In this document: piece after piece, positions 1 to 12,731 of the stretch
How positions within the stretch are numbered: position 1 is the first letter of the stretch
Layout: each line of letters starts with the position of its first letter
DNA from: Antedon mediterranea
Lineage: Eukaryota > Animalia > Echinodermata
Length of the DNA stretch: 64,000 bases
NCBI RefSeq assembly: GCF_964355755.1
Contig: NC_092673.1
Span: forward strand, 34,407,648-34,471,647
Reading direction: 5' to 3'
The notes under the pieces: generated by a model
The model's database searches: none
Told to the model about the DNA's origin: nothing
The model's input: the letters and a program-made list of their open reading frames with translations, nothing else
Translations under genes and position numbers: made by a program

Positions 1-2485
1 GTTCGTATTAAAAAGTGAATTTTAAATGTACGAATATGGTATTAATTATCTGTATTACATTGTATTATTATGTATCACATATATAACAAGTCATTTTGAT
101 AAAAAATAAGTCAAATAAATATGAAAAACAAAGGAAAATTGTGATTTTTGCATGTCATCTGAAGTGACCTTCCATACAATGTGATAGCGCCCTCTATAAG
201 TATTGATACACTCGCACTTCAAACTGCAAGCTTTTTGTTGTTATGATTCATTCATTCAGAAATACAATTTAAGGAAGGAATCGAATCAAGGGCATTATTA
301 CTTGGTTTATTATATATTTATGATGTTTTCCCCAAAAATAATTACTAGTATGTACATTTTGCGAATTGTAGATGTACCGGCGGTATGAAATTAAAAAAAG
401 CTGTTTACGCGGTCTGTAGCCTAACGATATAATAATAATTATATGTATAAAATAATTGTTACTTTTTTCTGATAAATCAGTATGAATATGTTTACTTAGC
501 GCTGCTTTAAGCACCCTATTAAAAAGAAAAGAAACAAATTGATTTAAGCCTATTTTTTGTCACGTTTTCGGTAATTAGTTGTCGATCTTCTTCGCTCTCA
601 CTATCTGATTCGTCACTGTTCTCATCATCCGAGTTAAAGGAGTCGTTCTCAGCAATCGCTCGTTCAATTCTGTTGGAAGAATCTCGCTTTCACACCACAA
701 AGGCCCCAGCAAATCGTTATCGCCAACGCACCATCCGTTATTGTCTTGGGGTTTCGGCAACTCGTAAAATCGGTGTTAGTGCGAGCCTCCACAGATCCTG
801 ACTTGATAGTTCGATCATCGTGCGTTGTATATGTTGATGCAAGCATCTACGCGACGGTGGAAAGTTAGCTAATTTTTAAATCAATGTTTTTTTAACACTG
901 ATTATTCCGGGTTTTTTTTCTTGCATTTCCTGCGAAAAAAGTCAAATCTAAGTTCATCGGTAGGCCTACGCCTTGCTTTCGAACGGAATCCATATAATAA
1001 TAACAGGCACGTGAACTATTCCAGTTCCAACATTAACTCTTCTTCTCCTTTCCAACTTTCTCCTACTTTCTTGAAAACCTCTTCAAATTTTGGATATTTT
1101 TCGACAAGTTTAATGGCCTTTAATTTTCCTTTTCCCTTGAAAGCGCTGGTCGTGCTGCACTTTGTGAACGCATGCAGCCCTAGAATGGCAATACATCGAC
1201 TTGGGGTGATTTCAGTGGTGGCTAAACTGGTGAGATTGGTTATTCGTCGATTCCTGCCACTGCCTGTATCGAATAGGACTTTTGCAATAATGGACGAAAC
1301 AAAATGTAACAATATAAAAAAAAAACATCGCTGTCATATGGATCCCGATCGAAAGCAAGGAGTACCGATGAACTTAGATTTTACTTTCTTCGCAGGAAAT
1401 GCAAGGAAAAAGACGGATAATCAGTGTTAAAAAACATTGATTTAGCTAACTTTCCACCGTCGCGTAGATGCTTGCATCAACATATACGACGCACGATCGA
1501 ACTATCTTGGTCATGATCTGGAAGCTCGCACTAACGCCGATTTAAGAGTTGCCGAAACCCCAAGACAATAACGGATGGTGCGTTGGCGATAACGATTTGC
1601 TGGGGCCTCTTCAAACAGAATCGGATGATGAGAACAGTGACGAATCAGATAGTGAGAGCGAAGAAGACGATTAATTACCGAAAACGTGACAAAAAGTAAG
1701 CTTAAATCAATTTGTTTCTTTTTTTTTAAATATGGTGCTTAAAGCAGCGTTAAGTAAACATTATTATTCATACTGATCTATCAGAAAAAAGTAACAATTA
1801 TTTTATACATATAATTATTATTATATCGTTAGGCTACAGACCGCATAAACAGCTTTTTTTAATTTCATACCGCCGGTACATCTACAATTCGCAAAATGTA
1901 GTAATTATTTTTGGGGAAAACATCATAAATATATAGTAAACCAAGTAATAATGCCCTTGATTCGATTCCTTCCTTAAATTGTATTTCTGAATGAATGAAT
2001 TTATAACAACAAAAAGCTTGCAGTTTGAAGTGCGAGTGTATCAATACTTATAGAGGGCGCTATCACATTGTATGGAAGGTCACTTCAGATGACATGCAAA
2101 AATCACAATTTTCTTTTGTTTTTCATATTTATTTGACTTATTTTTTATCAAAATGACTTGTTATATATGCGATACATAATAATACAATGTAATACAGATA
2201 ATTAATACCATATTCGTACATTTAAAATTCACTTTTTAATACGAACGCAAATGTCGACAATGGCGTGTCATTCACTTATGCCCCATGACGTCATTTTTCG
2301 ATGAAAACAAACCACGACGATAGGAAGCAAAAACTGCGTATAAAAACTTCATTTTCTCCACAAATCCCAACTTTTACGCGACGCAACATATATAAATGAT
2401 CTTTACATAATGTCTAGAACCTACGGTGAGAATCTCGTTGACTACTAACGTTATGCAATGGTGAAGGTGATATTTTACTGGACTA
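1..2485. mobile_element. Foldback (palindromic) non-autonomous Academ-type DNA transposon; left end lies outside the window
   Basis: Bases 1-~994 are the reverse complement of ~1336-2246 (window start gttcgtattaaaaagtgaatttt vs aaaattcactttttaatacgaac ending 2246). The right arm continues to ...ttttactggaCTA (2485), a TAG..CTA-type terminus as in the element at 5825. XPG-like coding remnants lie inside. The TSD cannot be checked. Confidence 0.75.
575..1335 (-). pseudogene. Degenerate 3' part of Academ-type ORF (XPG/FEN1-like nuclease region and acidic tail)
   Basis: Frameshifted translation gives DSDVFF..LLHF, FDTGSGRNRR, GLHAFTKCSTTSAFKGKGK (GCDTTSxFxGKGK-like), NFPPSRRCLHQHI.R..NYQ, GW...L.PLW and an acidic tail. 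Confidence 0.7.
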
Positions 2486-3667
2486 GTAGATTTATATTTT
2501 AATGACGTTGAATATATAGTAGAGTTAGCTTTGTGGCATTAGAAAAGATTGGTCGGTCTGTGTAGAAGTAGCGTTAATAACGCCATCTATTAGTATTAGG
2601 GAGCATTGTTATGAATATGCTTGCATTAGACATGGCCATGCGTAGATCAAAAAGGTTAAAATGTCAACAGTTTTATATACATTTGTTTTGACTGATTGGT
2701 ATAGATTATTGGTTGTTTAATAGTCGCGAGATATTATTTAGAGGGTAACAGTAGGACTATGTATATTCAGGAAAGAACACCTATCCTGCAATCTCTCGGG
2801 AAAATTTAACGGTAAATTAATTAAGCTTTTAGTTGATTTATTAAAAGTGACCAGCAAAATTTTCACTATAAGAAAGTGAAACATTGCCTTTAAAAAACTA
2901 TTAATGGTACCAAAATGATACCCGATTTTTGACAAGCGCGTTCAAAAGGTGATGAAAGCAGTGATGATTCTAAACGTCAACCTGTGTTTCCTCGTGTCAA
3001 ATTGGTTGACATTGTCAGTCTTACTGTCCGTCCGTCCATCAATCAATCATAAATAGAAATGACATAGAGAATTTCATAATAGACAATATGAGAGAAAACA
3101 ATATGAATTATATCTCTCTTAAAATGTCAATGTTTTTTTAAGTTTTAATTTTTTTAATAGGCCCCACAGAAAACTTTATTCTATAGGTATTTTTTATTAC
3201 CTTTTAAACACCTATTTTATGTAATACTGAAAGTTAGAAAAGATTTAGAAACAGATAGAAGTAGAAAAAAAGATTTCATTAAAAAAAAATCTGCAGAAAA
3301 AAGAGATTTTGAAGATACAATTACTTACGCGTCTCAACAACAACATGGATTCTATTTTTAACTTCTCATCCGTGTGTAGTATAAGTATATAATTTAAAAC
3401 TATCTTTCAATTAGATTTTGCTTTATACCCGCAGGTCAAAATAATCGGGTTAGCGTAGAGAAAAAGCCGGCCCACATCAAGATAAATTAATAAATGAAAA
3501 TCTAACGACGGCAGCAGCAACATTGTCTGTTCTGTATACAGTATGTGAATGGTGTATTGATTACTAAATCCATTATATTTCTTTTGAATCACGAATTTTG
3601 TTTTTTATTCGAATTTTATTCAATTAATAATTAACATAGAAGAAGTTTTCTTTTTTGTTGATTCAAA

Positions 3668-3854
3668 GAAAGACTAAAAATAATGAAAGACTAAAAGTAA
3701 TGAAAGACTAAAAATAATGAAAGACTAAAAATAATGAAAGACTAAAAATAATGAAAGACTAAAAATAATGAAAGACTAAAAGTAATAAAAGACTAAAAAT
3801 AATGAAAGACTAAAAGTAATAAAAGACTAAAAATAATAAAAGACTAAAAATAAT
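3668..3854. repeat. 17-bp minisatellite (gaaagactaaaaataat) x ~11
   Basis: Direct tandem periodicity. Confidence 0.95.
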
Positions 3855-4164
3855 ACTTACAGCGACGTTTCGCAAACAACCAGTTTGCTTTCTATTTGAT
3901 CAGCGAAAAAGAACAATTTATCTTCTATAATATTAGGATCCAAATTTAATGATTTCAAGAAGAGTTAACGTATTTTCTTACGAGATATAGTAAGAAATTT
4001 CACTTAACAATATTGAATAGTATAGAACATTAATATTAATATAGAATTATTTCCTAGTTGCTTACTATTTCGTAAATATTTTTACGACCTGGCGCCAACG
4101 TGTCAAATTGTAGTTTTTTACAATACTTTGACACAACTCGTGACAGAGGTGAACCATTATTAGT

Positions 4165-4210
4165 ACGCGACTCTACAGCTCACTATGTCGGTCGGTTGGA
4201 TGGTCGGTAA
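4165..4210 (+). mobile_element. Fragment of Helentron/DINE-1-like element
   Basis: acgcgactctacagctcactatgtcggtcggttgg is nearly identical to 56418-56452. Confidence 0.55.
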
Positions 4211-6559
4211 ACAAAAAACACTCGAAAAACTGTTTTTGTATACTGTCATTTCAATCCGCCATGCAGCTTGAAATTCTTTTGGGCGCAACTAATTTTTGAA
4301 CCGTGCATTATGGTATATTGGTAACAAAAGACTATTTGTATTTTGAGGACTATTAACGTAGAAGAAAACGATAACTACTGTTTCTTCTTTCTTTTTATAC
4401 TTTATATGCTTTAGCAAGATCTGTGCAATACAACTTTTCCTCTTTTTTCAATGCTGCTGGCATCAACTTATTTGTATTTATATCAATCAAAAGGCTACTG
4501 GAGCTGTATACAGATTACATATGTCTCGTCTCGGATTATTTTGGTTGTATACTAGAGATGTTTATTATACTGTGTATACAATGTGCGTTTAAGTTAGGCC
4601 TATAAAGTAATTCTTTGGAAAAACAAAAGAAGTCCATTAATCAAATTAAGATCATTGCTTTAACTTTTTTTTAAAGAATATTAGGCCTAGAGTACTTAAC
4701 CATTTATCATACTGGTAAATTTAAAAACTTATATTTTTAAAAATTTAACATACTGAATAACAAACAAATAAATCTTTCTTCAAGTAACTTAAAATATCAA
4801 TGATATTAATCTAAAGCATTGCCTTCTAAATCGTTTAAGTAGCATTAGTATATACGTTGCTTTCCGGCGGACCGATTCCAATATCATGCACGCCAATTCC
4901 GCTTGTCATCCAGTTATAGTGATAAATGAGTGTGGCTAAATAAAGGTTCATTAGATGAATATAAATATATATTTAAACGACCATTCACACGGCTCTATGA
5001 CATCGATATGCCATTCCATCTAAGAGTCATTGTAAAACTTTTAACAAAAAAAAATGTACAGCACGATAGTCAATTAACTTTATTCCGAGAATTTCTGCAT
5101 TCATAATTGCAACACTCCAACAATTCGTCGTCGGCATCACGAAGTGACACTAACCTAAAATTTTTCTTCCATATTTTGATTATGTATATCAAACTCTATG
5201 TTTTCACAAAATTTAAACATTCAAATATCATTAATTAACTAATTACATTAATTAGACAATATCAAAAAACACCATCATATGGAATTTGCGTTTTTACGAA
5301 GTGACACTATTTATTAAATACCCGTATGTGCTGCTTGCGAGCGCCACACTGGTAATGAATTTTGCGCGTTTGTTTACTGTTTGGGCCTAGCCTACAGCCT
5401 AGCTAGGAGGATCTGGACGCACACTCCACAACATTGCATTTCATTAAGAAAGACGGTAAGTTAATTAGTTTATTTAAAGAATTTTAGTCTGCTCATGTAT
5501 TCCTCATGTCGAGGCCTATTATATATTTATTTTATAATTAATATAAAACAGTAATTTGACACACTTTAGCCTACTACTAGCTAGGCATAGGCCTAGTAGT
5601 AGGTAGGCCTAGCCTAGACCTATACTTTACTGTGACGTTTAGGCAAAGCTAGCTTGCCCAGATCTACCTAGGTTAGCATCTGGCCTGGCGTACATTATTC
5701 GGTTAGTAGGCCTAGTTAGTTAGGTCCTCTAAGCCTAGCATAGGCCTAACAAACTAGAGTATGCGTATGCCCAGGGAATAGTAGTAGTAGTAGTACTACT
5801 ACTTGGCTAGAGTAGACTCTTTAATAGACAGGTTCCATTTCTCAAAAAACGGCCTAGAAAACGAATCAAGAAGCATTTTTGGGTAGAAGCTGGGATCCAC
5901 TTGATTTAGGATATTTCGACCTCGCTGATTACGAATATGGCGGATCCCAAGCGAAATTCGGCCATCTAAGCCCTTAATTTGCATAATTAAAAATGGCGGC
6001 CATTTTTTATAATTACCCTATATCTCGAGAACCACTAGTCACAGATAATTAATTTTGGTCTCAAATTGTTTTAAATGTATGTTTTTATATTCACTTTAAT
6101 GACACATTTTCTCAAAAAATGGATGCAAGTCTTATTTCTGACATTTTGACCTTTGACCTTGATTTATCGTATCTCAGTAACCAATAATCTGAGAGACATG
6201 AAATAGGGCTCAAATTGTTCAGAAACTATACATTCATATTTATTATAATGAAACGTTTTTACAAAAAATGGCCGATTCTACAACTATTGACCTTTGAACT
6301 ATTAGTCAAATATAATAATATAATAATAATATAACTTTGAAAATTGTGGTCTTATGATTTTTTTTTTCTTTTTAAATTGTTTAAAACATGTGTGTTTCTA
6401 TCCAGTCTAATGGCACATTTTGTACAAGAATGGCCGATAGTATGATTATTGACCTTTAAAATACAGCATAGGCCTACTGTATACTAAATACAGTATAATA
6501 TAATTGCATAACTATGAAATTATTTATACACAATAATAATTAGTAAAATTATAAAATTC

Positions 6560-7275
6560 ACTGCCATCAAATATGATGTATTATGATTTATATAGATTTA
6601 AAAAAAAATTTGAGCACGCAAGTTACATTTGTTGAAATTCGAAATTTGAAATTACCTGCCATCAATATGATGGAGTATGATTATAGATTTTTTTTAATTT
6701 GAACATGTCAGCTACATTTGGAAATTACCTGCCATCAATATGATGGATTATGATTATAGATTTAAAAAAGAATTTGAACACGTAAGCTACATTTGAAAAT
6801 TACCTGCCATCAATATGATGGATTATGATTATAGATTTAAAAAAGAATTGTAACACGTCAGCTACATTTGGAAATTTGGAAATTACCTGCCATCAATATG
6901 ATGGATTATGATTGTATAGATTTAAAAGAAAATGTGAACACGTAAGCTACATATGAAAATTACCTGCCATCAATATGATGGATTATGATTATAGATTTTA
7001 AAAAGAATTTGAACACGTCAGCTACATTTGGAAATTTGGAAATTACCTGCCATCAATATGATGGATTATGATTGTATAGATTTTTAAAGATGTGAACACG
7101 TAAGCTACATTTGAAAATTACCTGCCATCAATATGATGGATTATGATTATAGATTTAAAAAAGAATTTGAACACGTCAGCTACATTTGGAAATTTGGAAA
7201 TTACCTGTCATCAATATGATGGATTATGATTGTATAGGTTTGAAAGAAAATGTGAACACGTAAGCTACATTTGGA
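6560..7275. repeat. Internal ~60-70 bp tandem array of the left arm (mirror copy at ~8935-9470)
   Basis: Unit aattacctgccatcaatatgatggattatgattatagat...gctacatttgga. Copy number differs between arms. Confidence 0.9.
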
Positions 7276-7293
7276 ATGAACATGTTAAGGGCA

Positions 7294-8545
7294 TCAGTTT
7301 TGATCATTCATCATGCAAAGGTTTCCGTCATCTTTAGCGTTGTTACAGCGGCATAAAGCTGTACATGGTAGTTTTGACTTCTTGCACCTACATCTATATG
7401 GTTATGCATCGTGTCTTGCATCCACAATAAATCATCTCTAACGAAGGAGTAGGAATAGCTTAATTTTTCAGAAGCACTGGTTGAAGTTTACCATTAGATA
7501 GCTCCCAACCAAAATCTGTTGGTGATGGCAATTAATGCTGGATTGGCGATACAGCTTTTTTCCGTACGAGTGCTTGGAAGTGTGCTCTTTTTATATGTTG
7601 GTGCACTGCATCGCTTGTTGGAGGTAATGCCTCTGGTTTTTGTTTTTTTTAAACATGGCATGCCTAACTTCATTGGTACTTTTAACTTGACCAACACCGT
7701 AAACGTAGCAAATGAATCTTTCCGATTTCATAATAACTTGGTCACTGATAGGTTTTCTCCCAGGTCTTTAATTAGTTCATAATTTTTTTGTAATACTTCC
7801 CATGCCGATGCCTTTGAGTGACCACTTAGATATGAGCAGGGAAGAGTTAAATTACTGTATGTATGTATTAATGTAATTTAACTCTTCCCTGGATATGAAT
7901 GTTGTATTTTCTCTTGTTTGTTATGTGCAATTTGGACCCCATTGGAAATGGGCTGGTTTTTCCGGCCTAATGGGTGTTCCTGATGCTCGTTATTTTGTCT
8001 TTTGTCTGTTTGTTATTTTAATGTTGAGCATCAAATAAATTCAATCAATCAATCAATCAGGTAGTATCGCATCCACTAATAGTGTGGAATGGAATCAGTG
8101 CTTTTGCAGAACCATCCGGCAAGTCTTGAAAAATGTCTTTTATAGATACTTTCTTTTTTTTGATGTACCTGTCATCATCCATTTGGATACCATGCTTTGG
8201 TAGTGAGACACTAGAATCACTAGTACGCCTGTATCCCTAGAAGCAACTACAACTGTGTCGTATCGGACATTGGCAGCATGACAAGTCGCGTGTCCGCTTC
8301 TTCATGATATCCTACCAGAGACAACGTATTCGTGTAGACTTTTGATGATTTAACAACTGATTCTTCCATAAATCCACCAGCTGTGACAATTTCTTTGTCT
8401 ATAGGAGCTTGACGAATCAACTCCTCTGATAGAAATCGTGCCAGATCTGCTTTATTTTCTTGTAATGCCAAAAAGTTCGACCAGCAATTTGGCTGGCTTT
8501 GTTTTGGTTCATCTTTGTCTGGTGGTGTCCTTTATCGACAGTTTT
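7294..8545 (-). pseudogene. Degenerate C-terminal part of AcademX ORF (XPG-like nuclease + Cys-rich zinc finger)
   Basis: Motifs NKADLARFL, HEEADTRL, SGCDTT^SYLSGHSKASAW (split by an insertion), LPPTSDAVHQHIKRAHFQ, DFGW, CGCKTRC...CRCKKSKLPCTALCRC. The C-terminal part is mirrored on + at ~8550-8916. Confidence 0.85.
7837..8058 (+). mobile_element. 5'-truncated non-LTR retrotransposon 3' stub inserted in the Academ XPG motif
   Basis: Ends in aataaa + (tcaa)n. Removing it restores GCDTTSYLSG. There is a 19-bp inverted duplication at its 5' end (7837-7855 / 7873-7891). Confidence 0.7.
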
Positions 8546-11500
8546 AAGTTAGGCATGCCATGTTTAAAAAAAAAAAAACCAGAGGCATACCTCCAACAAG
8601 CGATGCAGTGCACCAGCATATAAAAAGAGCACACTTCCAATCACTCTCGTATGGAAAAAAGCTGTATCGCCAATCCAGCACTTGCCATTACCAACAGATT
8701 TTGGTTGGGAGCTATCTAATGGTAAACTTCAACCAGTGCTTCTGAAAAATGAAGCTATTCCTACTGCTTCGTTAGAGATGATTTATTGTGGATGCAAGAC
8801 ACGATGCATAACCATATAGATGTAGGTGCAAGAAGTCAAAACTATCATGTACAGCTTTATGCTGCTGTAACAACGCTAACGATGACGGAAACCTTTGCAT
8901 GAATGATCAAAACTGATGCCCTTAACATGTTCATTCCAAATGTAGCTTACGTGTTCACATTTTCTTTCAAACCTATACAATCATAATCCATCATATTAAT
9001 GGCAGGAAATTTCCAAATGTAGCTGACGTGTTCAAATTCTTTTTTAAATCTATAATCATAATCCATAATATTGATGGCAGGTCATTTTTAAATGTAGGTT
9101 ACGTGTTCACATCTTTAAAAATCTATAATCATAATCCATCATATTGATGGCAGGTAATTTTCAAATGTACCTAACGTGTTCACATTTTCTTTCAAACCTA
9201 TAGGCCTACAATCATAATCCATTATATTGATAGCAGGTAATTTCCAAATTTCCAAATGTAGCTGACGTGTTCAAATTCTTTTTTAAATCTATAATCATAA
9301 TCCATCATATTGATGGCAGGTAATTTCCAAATGTTGCTGACATGTTCACATCTTTAAAAATCTATAATCATACTCCGTCATACTGATGGCAGGTAATTTC
9401 CAAATGTAACTTGCATGTTCATTTTTTTATTAAATCTATATAAATCATAATACATCATATTTGATGGCAGTGAATTTTATAATTTTACTAATTATTATTG
9501 TGTATAAATAATTTCATAGTTATGCAATTATATTATATTTATTATACAGTAGGCCTATGCTGTAGTTCAAAGGTCAATAACCATACTATCGGCCATTCTT
9601 GTACAAAATGTGCCATTAGACTGGATAGAAACACACATGTTTTAAACAATTTAAAAAGAAAAAAAATGTCATAAGACCAACATTTTCAGAGTTATATTAT
9701 TATATTTGACTAATAGTTCAAAGGTCAATAGTTGTAGAATCGGCCATTTTTTGTAAAAACATTTCATTATAATAAATATGAATGTATAGTTTCTGAACAA
9801 TTTGAGCCCTATTTCGTGTCTCTCCGATTATTGGTTACTGAGATACGATAAATCAAGGTCAAAGGTCAAAATGTCAGAAATAAGACTTGCATCCATTTTT
9901 TTAGAAAATGTGTCACTAAAGTGAATATAAAAACATATATTTAAAACATGTTGACACCAAAATTAATTATCTGTGACTAGTGGTTCTCGTGATATAGGGT
10001 AATTATAAAAAATGGCCGCCATTTTTAATTATGCAAATTAAGGGCTTAGATGGCCGAATTTCGCTTGGGATCCGCCATATTCGTAATCAGCGAGGTCGAA
10101 ATATCCTAAATCAAGTGGATCCCAGCTTCTACCCAAAAATGCTTCTTACATCATATTTCAGAGGAAATAGAACTTGTCTATAATAGCTAGGCTAAACTAC
10201 TCTGCTTGATTTTTAACAATAAGAATTAAATCACTGTTATTTTTAAAATGTGTTTTTTTTTTCAGAACAGTTTCAAGAAAATAAGATAAGGGGGAACAAC
10301 CGAAATTCGATCAACAAGCAATCTATCTACATCAATTTAAGGGAGAAGGTATCAAGTTCAAGGTTTAAAAATGGGGGAGGTGTATGTAGGCAGCCTGTAG
10401 CAAGTGTTTATGTTATATGAGCATTTTAGATGATGTGTACATCACAGAACAATGGATTGAATAAATTAAAAAGCATACTGGTAATAGAATAAAATAATGT
10501 AACGACATTGATTAAGTATTTAATGATTTATAACAATAGAGAATAATTTTTGATATAAATTAATACTGGCTGAAATACCAATTGTATTACTGAATTATTA
10601 ATCGTTCAATGTTGAAAAAATAAATAATATTTAATAATATGGAAAAAAAATATGAATATGTACATTATGCTTACTGTACATTCCAGATAGGCCTATTTAT
10701 ATGTCTATGTAATTTGATGTTTTTATTAAAAGTGTTAAAGTAGGTCAAACTATGTTTTTAGATTTATTTGATGTGGTTGTTTCATTTATAAATAACCTAA
10801 CCCTTTCTGCACTATCAAACTAGTTTGACAAAAAAAGTTTGATGTGCCCAAATATGGAGTGATATTATGCCATTGTGTCCATATAAGCACATCAAATTAA
10901 TGTTGGTCACATTAAGTTTGATTTTATTTATTTCAACAATATTTTACTAGGGTGGTCCTTCCAGTCGAAGGTGATCATTAGATAGAGAGAACCTCACAAA
11001 AATGCAATTTGATAAGACAATAACATACAAAAATTAAATAAAAATAAATAGAATTTATGAAAACTAACAAACTAAAATAATGGAAAAATGAATAGAATCA
11101 AAAGGGAAATCAATGAAAACAATACATTAAATGGCCATCTCCGAGGAGATGGCCATGTAATAAATAAGGAAGAGATGGTTCTTGAGCAAAAATTTGATGG
11201 AAATGGAAGATGAAGCAAGTCGGATAGTGCAGGCAGGGCTTAAAGGAGACATGCATGTTTGTAATGTATATATAATAGTGTTCACTTATCAAGGACCATA
11301 CTTAATTGTTATGATGTAAGATCATTGCATTGGAAAGCTATGAATTACACAGTAGTGTCACTTCCAACGCACTAGAAATACGCGGTGAAATCGAATTTGC
11401 GGTTTCACGAAGTGACACTAACGCAGTTAGTGTCACTTCGTAAGCGTAAACTACGTAGGGAAATGAATTTTTCGGTTTCACGAAGTGACACTAAAGTTTA

Positions 11501-12289
11501 ACTTTAATTTACTTGGTAATTAATTAATATGATTAAAATTAAATTAAAGTAACGGGTAGCTGGATTGTCTAACTTTGTATGTATGTAAATTAAAAATCTT
11601 AGTGACATTTTTTTGAGGACGAAATCGTGTGTTTTGTGAAGCTCGTTTCTTCAATCGCGTTTTTCTCGAAACGCTGTTTTTATCAATTACGCGGTTAGTG
11701 TCACTTCGTGGTGTCGACGACGAATTGTTACGAAGATGATATTACGAAGATACTCATACAGTATAATGTCAAAAGTCGTACCTCTCTATTCACACCTGGG
11801 TGAGGGACATATTCTTCTAGCGTCCAAAGCTTCTTCTACACTATCAAAACTTTACAATGTCATATACCCATATATGGACATATAACTGAAAGACGATTAT
11901 GTGACAGATATCCTACTTAAGTACTACATTCAATCATTAAATGAAAACAGTTTTAATCAATTTCCAATCAATTGATTATTTTGATGGATACTGTAGCCAT
12001 TTTCATTAATTATCCCACATCTCAGAGCCGATTCAATCAAGATAAAAATATATCAATGCTTTACACATTAAAACAAAAATTCCGGTAGCGGAAATGAACA
12101 TAGTGTAGAATGTTTTTAATGCGTTAAATATCAAGGTAATGTCATATAAAAAATTAATTGTTTATCGTTCCCTCCTACCGATGAAATCGGCATGACATTC
12201 GTTTTTATGTTTATGCAAACAAAATGTTGTAAGAGCTTATTTCCTATCAAACGTATATCAGACCTGAGGAATTCCATGGAATAATGTAA

Positions 12290-12480
12290 TGTTGTTCGAT
12301 TTATAGCGCTTATACAATAAAAAGATTGTCCCAAAGCTCTGAGAGAAAAAACAGAAAGAAATTACAAAGAAAAAAGAGTGTTTTGAAAACAAAATGATAG
12401 AGGAGGCATTTTTAATAGGATCAGGAAGATTGTTCCACAGTTTAGGAGCTGCAACTGCAAAAGCTCGATCACCATAGACA
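12290..12480 (-). mobile_element. 3' fragment of L2/CR1-group LINE
   Basis: Translation YGDRAFAVAAPKLWNNLPDPIKNASS is typical of L2/CR1 ORF2 C-termini. Confidence 0.75.
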
Positions 12481-12731
12481 AAATGGTTAACTGACAAATA
12501 ATGAGGCGTGGTAGTTTTCCTACAGTTCTTTGAAAAAGACAACCAGCCGCAGTCGCGCCCACCTCTCGTAACTAAGGTGGGTTAAATAGCCTACCAAGGT
12601 TTGCGACAGCAACAATCTTTGTTTTTTGAGGTCGATAAGTGGAAATCCCCTTCATTCCCCCACCCCCGAAATTTAAAACGTAAGAGATAGGACATTCTAT
12701 TCAGCACTGCATTTAACCATCAGGCCCTTCC

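Larger units (their letters stand above)
5825..10180. mobile_element. Foldback AcademX-type DNA transposon with ~1.6-1.8 kb inverted arms
   Basis: Termini TAGACAGGTTCCATTTC / GAAATAGAACTTGTCTA with 3-bp TSD TAA (5822-5824, 10181-10183). Arms ~5869-7670 and ~8546-10147 are reverse complements. The XPG plus Cys-rich finger remnant matches the known AcademX architecture. Confidence 0.85.
5119..11729. mobile_element. Non-autonomous TIR DNA element (superfamily unassigned) hosting the nested Academ-type element
   Basis: ~37-bp imperfect TIRs: aacaattcgtcgtcggcatcacgaagtgacactaacc (5119) and ggttagtgtcacttcgtggtgtcgacgacgaattgtt (to 11729). The motif GAAGTGACACTA recurs subterminally (~5141, 5298, 11354, 11408, 11428, 11482, 11696). 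No clear TSD. Confidence 0.75.

Noticed and set aside
921-1430. 169-aa + strand ORF
   Set aside because: It is mostly the antisense shadow of the Academ XPG remnant.
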